Of a stretch of 64,000 bases of DNA, positions 19,897 through 28,454 are shown in pieces (position 1 is the stretch's first letter; each line of letters opens with the position of its first letter). The notes under the pieces are model-generated. The model searched no databases. It saw nothing but the letters and a program-made list of their open reading frames with translations, and was not told where the DNA came from. The stretch covers positions 32,630 to 96,629 of the forward strand of contig DVLO01000021.1 in assembly GCA_018715495.1 (NCBI GenBank), read 5' to 3'. Made by a program: the position numbers and the translations under genes. This DNA comes from Candidatus Limihabitans stercoravium (GTDB lineage Bacteria > Bacillota > Clostridia > Christensenellales > CAG-314).

Positions 19897-20661
19897 ATGA
19901 ATTTAGATTTTGATCTTTCAGTCGCAACAAACTATCATAGCAACGCTCAGCGTGCAAGAGTACTTACCGAAGATTGGATTGCCAACAATATGTATTGTCC
20001 AAGATGTGGTTCGGTTAGATTGACTCATCTCAAAAATAATCAAAAGGTGGCGGATTTTTGTTGTCCGTCATGCAAAAATGAGTTTGAATTAAAGAGCAAG
20101 TCCGGTAAATTGTCCAGTAAAATGAATGACGGTGCTTATTCGGCAATGATTGAACGAATTACAAGTCTAAACAATCCCGATTTCTTCTTTTTGAGTTACG
20201 ACAAAGAAAAAGCAAGGGTTGTTGACTTGATGTTTGTACCCAAGTATCTGTTTGTTCCACAAGTCATAGAAAAACGTAAAAAACTGTCGGATGATGCACG
20301 TCGTAAAGGCTGGGTAGGTTGCAACATCTTGTTGAACAGCATACCATCACAAGGGCGAATTACCATTGTACACAACGGAAATGTAATTGAGAAAGAAGAT
20401 GTCCTGTCGGCAGTTGCGAAGGCAAGGCCATTACAAGTGCAAGATATTACGAGCCGCGGATGGCTTTTTGATGTGTTGAATTGTGTAAATGCTTTGCCAC
20501 AGGTGTTTTCTTTGTCTGATGTTTACAAATTTACGGAAGTATTGCAGGCTCAACACCCCGATAACAATCACATCGAAGCAAAAATCAGACAGCAGTTGCA
20601 GTTGTTGAGAGACAAAGGCTTTTTGCAGTTTCTGGGAAACGGAATGTATCGCAGGTTGTAA
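19897..20661 (+). CDS. dpnC: DpnI-like type IIM (methyl-directed, Gm6ATC-specific) restriction endonuclease
   Basis: 254 aa from ATG 19897. Collinear by eye with my recollection of S. pneumoniae DpnI: ..ARVLTEDW....YCP.CG......N..VADF.C..C..EFELKSK.G......NDGAY..M..R.....NP.FFFL.Y, then a C-terminal winged-helix part SRGW...LNC......F.L.D.Y.F...L......NNHI.AKIRQQLQ.LRDK....F.G.G.YR.L. Confidence 0.85.
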   Translation: MNLDFDLSVATNYHSNAQRARVLTEDWIANNMYCPRCGSVRLTHLKNNQKVADFCCPSCKNEFELKSKSGKLSSKMNDGAYSAMIERITSLNNPDFFFLSYDKEKARVVDLMFVPKYLFVPQVIEKRKKLSDDARRKGWVGCNILLNSIPSQGRITIVHNGNVIEKEDVLSAVAKARPLQVQDITSRGWLFDVLNCVNALPQVFSLSDVYKFTEVLQAQHPDNNHIEAKIRQQLQLLRDKGFLQFLGNGMYRRL

Positions 20662-20726
20662 TTTGTATTTAAAGGGAAAATAGCAATTCCCATTCAGTAA
20701 TGATGTGCAGTGGTGACAACAAATGG

Positions 20727-20755
20727 GGCAAGTCGGTAAGGCTTGCCTTTTTTTT
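20727..20755 (+). terminator. Rho-independent terminator after the DpnI-like gene
   Basis: GGCAAG-TCGGTAAG-CTTGCC hairpin followed by T8. Confidence 0.75.
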
Positions 20756-20883
20756 GTGGGGTTGGAGGATGGTTTTGTTACGTGGATTGGACAATTGACA
20801 CTAAATTTCAATTGCGGTTTGTCGAGCTTTGATGTGTCGGTGTTGTTGCTTGGTAAATTTCAATTGATTTGTGTTTTACCACA

Positions 20884-20899
20884 ACACAATATGTTGTGT
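20884..20899. promoter_or_regulatory. Distal NrdR-box-like palindrome
   Basis: ACACAATATGTTGTGT versus the NrdR box consensus acaCwAtATaTwGtgt (one mismatch). About 350 bp upstream of the nrdD start. Confidence 0.45.
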
Positions 20900-21107
20900 T
20901 TGGCTGTTTGTGGCAACAGTGAACGGCAAGTTGTACGAAACTGTTTTTTGTTGGCATCTATACATTGTATAATCAAGCGTTTTTAGCCGTAAAAATTCCG
21001 TTGCGTGCCTGTATTTCAGGTTTTTGTTTTTGCAGTTTTTGACACTATACAGCTTTTTTATCGGGTTGAAACAGGGTTTCTATGTCTGTCGGTGTATTAT
21101 GTATGGC

Positions 21108-21165
21108 ATACTACATATTGTGTTTAAACGGGTAAAAATGAAAAATTAAACACAATATATAGTGT
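21108..21165. promoter_or_regulatory. Pair of NrdR boxes upstream of nrdD
   Basis: ATACTACATATTGTGT (21108-21123) and ACACAATATATAGTGT (21150-21165, perfect match to the consensus). Centre-to-centre distance is 42 bp, about 4 helical turns. Confidence 0.75.
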
Positions 21166-21245
21166 TCAACCTATTGACATTTGCCGATGTGGTGTACTAT
21201 AATGTCATTCCGATGAAAGAACACCAAGACAAGGAGAAGGGAAAT

Positions 21246-23621
21246 ATGTTTAACGTCAAAAAACGTGATGGAAAAATTGCCTCATTCGATTTGAGTAAAA
21301 TATCGCACGCAATCACACGTGCATTTGAAGCACAACAGCAACCGTACAACCAGGACATCATTGACATGTTGGCATTGAAGGTAACAGCTGACTTCAGCAA
21401 CAAGATCAAGGACGGTGTTGTTGCCGTTGAAGATATTCAGGACAGCGTTGAAACCGTACTTATTCAGGCAGGATACGTTGATGTTGCCAAGGCATATATT
21501 TTGTACCGCAAGCAGCATGAAAAGGTAAGAAACGTAAACGACACACTTTTAGACTACAAGAAGGTTGTTGACAACTACCTCAACGTAAACGACTGGCGTG
21601 TAAAGGAAAACAGCACGGTTACTTACTCTGTAGGCGGATTGATCCTGTCCAACAGCGGTGCAATCACAGCTAACTACTGGTTGTCCGAAGTATACGATGA
21701 AGAAATTGCCAATGCACACCGCAATGCAGACATTCACCTGCATGACTTGTCCATGCTGACAGGTTACTGCGCAGGCTGGTCTTTGAAGCAACTGATTCAG
21801 GAAGGTCTGGGCGGTATCCCCGGAAAGATTACATCTGCACCTGCTAAGCACCTTGCTACACTGTGCAACCAGATGGTAAACTTCCTTGGAATCATGCAAA
21901 ACGAATGGGCAGGCGCTCAGGCATTCAGCAGCTTTGACACCTACCTTGCACCTTTCGTTAAGGCCGACAACCTTACGTATGATCAGGTAAAGAAGTGCAT
22001 TGAATCCTTTGTATATGGCGTAAACATTCCCAGCCGTTGGGGTACACAGGCACCGTTCAGCAACATCACACTTGACTGGACTGTTCCCGATGACCTTGCC
22101 GAACTCAACGCAATTGTAGGCGGCAAGGAAATGGACTTCAAGTACAAGGATTGCAAGAAGGAAATGGACATGGTCAACAAGGCGTTCATTGAAACAATGA
22201 TCGAAGGTGACGCTCACGGCCGTGGATTCCAGTATCCTATTCCTACCTACTCAATCACCAAGGACTTCGACTGGAGCGAAACGGAAAACAACAAGTTGTT
22301 GTTCGAAATGACAGCTAAGTACGGCACACCCTATTTCAGCAACTACATCAACAGCGACATGAAGCCAAGCGACATCCGCAGTATGTGCTGCCGTCTTCGT
22401 CTTGACCTTCGTGAACTGAGAAAGAAGTCGGGCGGTTTCTTCGGAAGCGGTGAAAGCACAGGTTCGGTAGGCGTTGTAACAATCAACATGCCACGTATTG
22501 CTTACCTTTCCAAGACGGAAGAAGAATTCTACCAACGTCTTGACAAGATGATGGACATTTCCGCACGTTCACTCAAGATCAAGCGTAATGTCATCACACA
22601 GTTGCTTGAAGCAGGATTGTATCCTTACACGCAACGTTACCTTGGAACATTCAAGAACCACTTCTCTACAATCGGTATCATCGGTATGAACGAAGTAGGT
22701 CTGAATGCTAAGTGGCTCAACGCCGACATGACTCACGAAAAGACGCAAAAGTTCACTGCAGAAGTTCTGCGTCACATGTTGAGTAAACTCAGTGACTACC
22801 AGGAAAAGTACGGCGACCTTTACAATCTGGAAGCTACTCCTGCCGAAAGCACAACTTACCGTCTTGCTAAACACGACGTGGAACGTTACCCCGACATCAT
22901 CACAGCAAGCAAGAAGGGCGAAACTCCTTACTACACCAACAGCTCACACCTTCCCGTAAGCTTTACTTCCGATATCTTTGACGCATTGGATATCCAAGAC
23001 AACTTGCAGACATTGTACACATCCGGTACAGTATTCCACGCATTCCTGGGTGAAAGACTTCCCGATTGGAAGGCCGCTCAGAAACTTGTCAAGACAATTG
23101 CCGAAAACTACCGTTTGCCTTACTACACAATGAGTCCTACTTACTCTGTGTGCCGTGATCACGGTTACATCACAGGCGAACACTACACTTGTCCCAAGTG
23201 CGGTGCCAAGACGGAAGTTTACAGCCGTATCACAGGTTACTACCGTCCTGTACAGAACTGGAACGACGGTAAGACTCAGGAATGGAAGGAAAGAAAGGAA
23301 TACGACCTTTCCACAAGCAAGCTGAAGAAGTGTCTGTTCAACCACAAGGAAGAACAGGTCGTTTCGGAAGTCAAGGACGAAAACAGTGGCAAGAAGTTGC
23401 TGTTTGTGGGTAAATCCTGCCCCAACTGCAAGATGGCTGAATTCGTGCTGGACAAGAACCACGTTGAATACACACCCATCGTTGCGGAAGAAAACAAGGA
23501 ACTTGCCGTAAAATACGGTGTATCTTTGACCCCCACATTGATTGTTGCTCACGACAACACATTTGACGTTTACGAAAACGCATCCAACGTCAGAAAGTTT
23601 GTGGAAACTTCCAAGCAGTAA
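21246..23621 (+). CDS. nrdD: Anaerobic ribonucleoside-triphosphate reductase (class III) with ATP-cone and a C-terminal thioredoxin-fold CxxC extension
   Basis: ATG 21246 after AAGGAGAAGG. ATP-cone VKKRDGKIASFDLSKI. Finger-loop SMCCRLRLD. Zn site CRDHGY..YTCPKCG. Glycyl-radical motif SRITGYYRPV. Then ~85 extra aa: KKLLFVGKSCPNCKMAEF...GVSLTPTLIV. Confidence 0.9.
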   Translation: MFNVKKRDGKIASFDLSKISHAITRAFEAQQQPYNQDIIDMLALKVTADFSNKIKDGVVAVEDIQDSVETVLIQAGYVDVAKAYILYRKQHEKVRNVNDTLLDYKKVVDNYLNVNDWRVKENSTVTYSVGGLILSNSGAITANYWLSEVYDEEIANAHRNADIHLHDLSMLTGYCAGWSLKQLIQEGLGGIPGKITSAPAKHLATLCNQMVNFLGIMQNEWAGAQAFSSFDTYLAPFVKADNLTYDQVKKCIESFVYGVNIPSRWGTQAPFSNITLDWTVPDDLAELNAIVGGKEMDFKYKDCKKEMDMVNKAFIETMIEGDAHGRGFQYPIPTYSITKDFDWSETENNKLLFEMTAKYGTPYFSNYINSDMKPSDIRSMCCRLRLDLRELRKKSGGFFGSGESTGSVGVVTINMPRIAYLSKTEEEFYQRLDKMMDISARSLKIKRNVITQLLEAGLYPYTQRYLGTFKNHFSTIGIIGMNEVGLNAKWLNADMTHEKTQKFTAEVLRHMLSKLSDYQEKYGDLYNLEATPAESTTYRLAKHDVERYPDIITASKKGETPYYTNSSHLPVSFTSDIFDALDIQDNLQTLYTSGTVFHAFLGERLPDWKAAQKLVKTIAENYRLPYYTMSPTYSVCRDHGYITGEHYTCPKCGAKTEVYSRITGYYRPVQNWNDGKTQEWKERKEYDLSTSKLKKCLFNHKEEQVVSEVKDENSGKKLLFVGKSCPNCKMAEFVLDKNHVEYTPIVAEENKELAVKYGVSLTPTLIVAHDNTFDVYENASNVRKFVETSKQ

Positions 23622-23631
23622 GGGGTGGCTG

Positions 23632-24537
23632 ATGTACGATTTAGTAGTTGTAGGCGCAGGCACGGCAGGACTGACTGCCGCCCTCTACGCCTTGCGTGCA
23701 GGTAAATCCGTTGCAGTGCTTGAAGGAAATTCCTTCGGCGGACAGATTGCCTACTCACCACGTGTAGAAAATTTCCCTACAATAAAGGAAATTGCAGGTA
23801 GCGAATTTGCCGACAAACTGTTCGACCAGGTGGTGTTTCAGGGTGCTGACGTTGACATGGGCGAAGTGCTTGAAGTCAACAAACTCCCCGACGGTACATT
23901 CGAAGCGGTGACCGAATACGGCAAAACCAATGCACGTGCAGTTGTACTGGCAACAGGAGTAAAACACCGTCATTTAAATACAGAGGCGGAAGCAAGATTG
24001 CTTGGCAAGGGCGTGTTTTACTGTGCGCTGTGTGACGGAGCCTTTTACAAAGATCACGAAATGGCGGTATTGGGTGACGGAAACACGGCATTGCAGTACG
24101 CACTGTACCTGACGGGACTTTCCCCAAAGGTTCATCTCATCACACTGACTGACAAACTGATGGGAGACGGCGGACTTCAACAGAGAATCTTTGCCAACGA
24201 CAAGATTGTGTGGCACAAGAGTGTAAACCTCATCGACATGAAGGGCGAAACGGCACTGGAAGGTGTTGTGCTGACTCACGGCGACGGTAGTGAAGAATTG
24301 TTGCCCGTTGACGCACTGTTTGTCGCAATAGGACAAGTTCCCGACAACAAGAGGTTTTCTAGCCTTGCCGACCTTGACAGTCAGGGATACTTTGCATCGG
24401 GCGAAGACTGCAAGACCAAGACGGAAGGCGTTTTTGTGGCAGGCGATTGCAGGGCTAAGGCAATTCGTCAATTGACCACGGCGGCAGGAGACGGAGCAGT
24501 TGCCGGAACAAATGCGGTAAACTGGTTAAACAAGTAA
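23632..24537 (+). CDS. trxB: Low-Mr thioredoxin-disulfide reductase family flavoprotein
   Basis: ATG 23632. FAD motif VVVGAGTAGLTAALYA. Redox-active CALCDGAFY. NAD(P)H region AVLGDGNTALQYALYL. C-terminal FVAGDC. Confidence 0.85.
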   Translation: MYDLVVVGAGTAGLTAALYALRAGKSVAVLEGNSFGGQIAYSPRVENFPTIKEIAGSEFADKLFDQVVFQGADVDMGEVLEVNKLPDGTFEAVTEYGKTNARAVVLATGVKHRHLNTEAEARLLGKGVFYCALCDGAFYKDHEMAVLGDGNTALQYALYLTGLSPKVHLITLTDKLMGDGGLQQRIFANDKIVWHKSVNLIDMKGETALEGVVLTHGDGSEELLPVDALFVAIGQVPDNKRFSSLADLDSQGYFASGEDCKTKTEGVFVAGDCRAKAIRQLTTAAGDGAVAGTNAVNWLNK

Positions 24538-24552
24538 ATGTAAATAACAATC

Positions 24553-24588
24553 AAACTGTTGCAAGTTTCAATTTGCAACAGTTTTTTT
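24553..24588 (+). terminator. Rho-independent terminator after trxB
   Basis: AAACTGTTGCAA ... TTGCAACAGTTT stem followed by a T-run. Confidence 0.8.
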
Positions 24589-24849
24589 GTGCTGTCTTGT
24601 ACGGCGTCTTGTCACTCAAAGCCGCATTAACAATTTTATCAAATTGATGTAATATAATCGTGTTGTGTTCATGCTGAAACTACACATCGGAAATATTTAC
24701 GGTTTTGACTTTGCACAGTTATGTAAAGAACAGGTAAAGATTGGGTAAATTAGCAAGGGTATTTATTGAAATGCTCATTTTTTAATACTATAATTATCTC
24801 AGACAGACAGTTTGTGATGAACTGTACAATTTATACCAAGGAGGTAATT

Positions 24850-27800
24850 ATGAAAAAGACGGTAGTCATTGCGTCGTTACTTTTGGCTGTTTTTGCCTTG
24901 TCGATGATGCTTGTTGCATGTCAACCTGCTCCCGAACCGGGACCTGATCCTGAACCGGGTGAAAAAACTCTGGTTGACATTGAACTTAGGGTCGTTGACG
25001 GATTTACATACATGCCTACGATGGAAATTTACAGCGGATTGGAATTCCGTGAAAAGTATTCCGACGGAAGTTTCGGCGACTGGTATGGTTTGATAGAATC
25101 GGACATCAAGTCTTATTCTATGGGGGAAAACACTCTGGACGTTGTGGCTTCAATTGCCACGGGTGGAAAAACATTTGAAAAGACCATCAGCGTACCGCTT
25201 GACAATGAAGTACTGACTGTGGCGCAACTTGCCGAAAAAGAAGCAGGCGACAAAGTTTATCTTGTAAAAGGTATGTTCGCAGGCGTGGCGTACACACTGA
25301 GTCGTACGGAATTCCTGATTCTGGACAATGCCAGCGGCAAGATGATGGGCGTAAAGGGTCTGAACGGCGGCGGTGCAATTGCCGATTTCGAAATGGACAT
25401 GAACGGTCTTCAAATCGGTGACGAACTGTGTATTCCTGTCAAGCTCACTGAAGTAACAACCGCTAAACATTCCGACACAAGCAAGATTTATGCGGAATTT
25501 GCAGGCGGAACCCTGATGGAATCGGCAATCATTTCCAAGGGAAACACATTGAATTACCACAAGGAAAATGCAGTGGAAATTTCCAGCCAGGAACAACTTG
25601 TGAAATTTCTCAGTCCTGAAAACAGAGTCAACAATTTCTATAAGGTAGTCAAGTTGCACGGAACAATGCAGTTTATTTACTATTCCGGCGGACAACATTA
25701 CCGTTTCTTCCTTGATCCGTCCATTACTTCTTACGAAAAGCAGAAGATTGACGGAATTTCACCGGTATTCTCTAACATTTCGCAACATTACACAACAGGC
25801 GTAAGCATTGGCGAAATGTTCTTCGACAATGCCGACTACCAGCCTGTCAACTGGGCTGCTCCTGCGTCTGTCATTAAGGACGTTTACGCAGTGTTTATCG
25901 GCGGTAACAGCTACTACCACGAATTCCTGATTCTGAGTGAAGAAGATGTAATGGAAATCACTCCCGAACTGATGTCAACGGAATTTACCGCTCCGCAGAC
26001 AACAGCTTACAACGTGGGCGATGAATTTGTACTTGACGGTGCTAAGATCACCTATACTTACGACTATGCAGACCCCAAGACAGTGGACGTCACCATGGAT
26101 ATGCTTGACCAATCCACACTTCCCAACATGTCGGAAAAGGGCGAATACATTGTAAAGGGCAGTCACGAAGGCTACGAATTCAGTTTTACCGTGACAGTTA
26201 CGGACAAGGTTGTGTCGGGTATTTCTCTTGACGGAACACTTCCCGAAACGGAATTCCACCTGCGTGACGGTTACAAGACGGTATTTGACCAACTGACAGC
26301 AATGGAAATCAAGGTAGATTACAGTTCGGGCGAATCGGACTACCTGCCCATTACCGAAAACATGCTGACAACCTCACAGGAATGGGGATTGGGCGAAAGA
26401 ACAATTACGGTAACCTATCTTGGCAAGACATGTGAAGTAAAGGTTACTGTTGCAAACCTCGGTACAGGCATTGACGAAATCAAGCAAAAGCCCGCAGGCG
26501 AAGAAGTGTTCGACGTTTACGGCGTTGTAATTTCATCTGCATTCATTTCCGGTACTACGGCATCTCCCGCTAGAGGCGAATTGTTGTTAAAGGACAGCAC
26601 AGGAAACGGCGTAATCGGTTTGAAGGGATTGCCAATCAGTTACACAGATAAACTTGCAGGCTTGAATGTCGGCGATGAAATCCTTGTACAGGTAAAGGTT
26701 GTTGTTACAACCACAAACGACAAGACATCCGAATGCGGCAAACTTGCATTGGAAAAAGTAGCCGACAGTGAAGTAATCGTACTGAGCAAGGGCAACGATA
26801 CAATGCTTGACACATCAGACGCTGTGGAAATTTCCAACCAGCAACAACTCAATGAATTCCTTGCAAGCGATGAAGTCCGTATTGAAAATGCTTACAAACT
26901 TGTAAAACTCAGCGCAGGAAGCAAGATTGTCAACTACAATGCAACATCTATTTCTGCTTATATCACATTTGACGGAACAAACGTTACATCATCCAAGGTG
27001 GACGGACTTGCTCCCTACCTTTCGGAAATGAACGAAAAAATGACTCTTGACGAAGGTCAGAGTTACCTTGATCTGCTGTTCGGCGGTCAGGTAGGATTCA
27101 ACAACAGCTTTACCGAACCGAACGTATTGCCTCAGGACGTTTACCTGATGTACATCGGCGGACAGGGTATCTATTATCACCAGTTCATTTTGTTGGGCGA
27201 AGAATATGTATCCGACCAACCGACGGTTGTTGACGTTACCGTAACTCCTCCCACAAAGGCGGACTACACAGTAGGCGAATCACTTCAACTTGACGGATGT
27301 AAGATTGTAGTCAGGTACTACATGGATTATCTCAATCAGGAAATTACAGTTGAACCGTCAATGGTGACAGCGCCAGAAACATTTGAACAGGCAGGAACTC
27401 AGACAATTACAGTCAACTACAACGGAATGCAATTGACTTTTGAAGTCAACGTTACAACCAAGGGTGTAACATCCATTGAACTGGACGGCTCTCTTGCCAA
27501 AACAGAGTATCTGTTGAGTGAAGGTACCCAGGCAGTCATCAATGAACTTACCGCAATGGAACTCAAGGTTACCTACGACGACGAAACATTTGAATTTATC
27601 CCTGTTGACGAAAAGTACATTCAGGCAGGCGAATGGATTGTTGGTGAATGCACATTTGTAATTCAGTACGCAGGAAAGCAGTTGGAAGTAACAGTCACAG
27701 TCAAGGACGAAGTGATGTCCGTAGACAAGTTCCTGCAACAGGAAAGCGGCACTTACAAGTTGACAGGTATCGTTGTTGGTCCTGCAAGTTCGCACGCAGC

Positions 27801-28440
27801 GGCAGAGTTACTCATTAAGGACAAGAATTCAATGAGTATCGTCGGTGTTTACAACACAGGTATTGTAGGCGCTTACAACAATCTTGCACTTGACACTTCC
27901 GTGGTAAATGTAGGCGATGAAGTTATATTTGAAGCAACCGTCAAGGTGGGAACAAGCGGTGTAAACGTTGGCAAGAAATATGCGAACGTCACCAGCAAGG
28001 AAAACTTGTTGCAATCACTTACAGTAGTTTCAAGCGGTAACGAAATAACCTATACTATGAGTGAGGCAAGTGTTACGGAAATTTCCACTCAGCAACAGTT
28101 GGTGGACTTTCTCAACAGTCCCGACAGATTCTATTCCTATGTAAAATTCAGCGGACTGAAGGCAGTGTATGCAGGGTCAAAAGCCAAGGGATTCCGATTG
28201 TTCTTTGAAGGAGTAACCGATCTTACTTCTCAGAAGGTAAACGGTTCCAGCCCCTACCTTTACGAAGTAAACTGCAATTTGTACGTTGAGGGCGGAATTG
28301 CACAGTACTTTACAAATGCGGATTCTACCGATTACCTCAATCCTGCAACTGCCAATACAGACATCTACGCACTGTTCGTTGGCGGAAACAACCACTATCA
28401 CGATTTCATCACACTGGATGCGACATACTTTGTTGCCTGA
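24850..28440 (+). CDS. Giant surface lipoprotein built from three tandem ~417-aa modules (OB/beta-barrel-like, helical and Ig-like segments)
   Basis: ATG 24850 after AGGAGG. Lipobox MLVAC followed by a P/E-rich linker. Equivalent motifs VEISSQEQLVKFL / VEISNQQQLNEFL / TEISTQQQLVDFL start at 25573, 26824 and 28075 (period exactly 1251 nt). Confidence 0.7.
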   Translation: MKKTVVIASLLLAVFALSMMLVACQPAPEPGPDPEPGEKTLVDIELRVVDGFTYMPTMEIYSGLEFREKYSDGSFGDWYGLIESDIKSYSMGENTLDVVASIATGGKTFEKTISVPLDNEVLTVAQLAEKEAGDKVYLVKGMFAGVAYTLSRTEFLILDNASGKMMGVKGLNGGGAIADFEMDMNGLQIGDELCIPVKLTEVTTAKHSDTSKIYAEFAGGTLMESAIISKGNTLNYHKENAVEISSQEQLVKFLSPENRVNNFYKVVKLHGTMQFIYYSGGQHYRFFLDPSITSYEKQKIDGISPVFSNISQHYTTGVSIGEMFFDNADYQPVNWAAPASVIKDVYAVFIGGNSYYHEFLILSEEDVMEITPELMSTEFTAPQTTAYNVGDEFVLDGAKITYTYDYADPKTVDVTMDMLDQSTLPNMSEKGEYIVKGSHEGYEFSFTVTVTDKVVSGISLDGTLPETEFHLRDGYKTVFDQLTAMEIKVDYSSGESDYLPITENMLTTSQEWGLGERTITVTYLGKTCEVKVTVANLGTGIDEIKQKPAGEEVFDVYGVVISSAFISGTTASPARGELLLKDSTGNGVIGLKGLPISYTDKLAGLNVGDEILVQVKVVVTTTNDKTSECGKLALEKVADSEVIVLSKGNDTMLDTSDAVEISNQQQLNEFLASDEVRIENAYKLVKLSAGSKIVNYNATSISAYITFDGTNVTSSKVDGLAPYLSEMNEKMTLDEGQSYLDLLFGGQVGFNNSFTEPNVLPQDVYLMYIGGQGIYYHQFILLGEEYVSDQPTVVDVTVTPPTKADYTVGESLQLDGCKIVVRYYMDYLNQEITVEPSMVTAPETFEQAGTQTITVNYNGMQLTFEVNVTTKGVTSIELDGSLAKTEYLLSEGTQAVINELTAMELKVTYDDETFEFIPVDEKYIQAGEWIVGECTFVIQYAGKQLEVTVTVKDEVMSVDKFLQQESGTYKLTGIVVGPASSHAAAELLIKDKNSMSIVGVYNTGIVGAYNNLALDTSVVNVGDEVIFEATVKVGTSGVNVGKKYANVTSKENLLQSLTVVSSGNEITYTMSEASVTEISTQQQLVDFLNSPDRFYSYVKFSGLKAVYAGSKAKGFRLFFEGVTDLTSQKVNGSSPYLYEVNCNLYVEGGIAQYFTNADSTDYLNPATANTDIYALFVGGNNHYHDFITLDATYFVA

Positions 28441-28454
28441 CGGGAGGATAGAAA

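Noticed and set aside
20757-21245. Possible cobalamin or other riboswitch in the long nrdD upstream region
   Set aside because: I see no B12-box-like or other conserved aptamer core. The region is adequately explained by NrdR boxes and a promoter.
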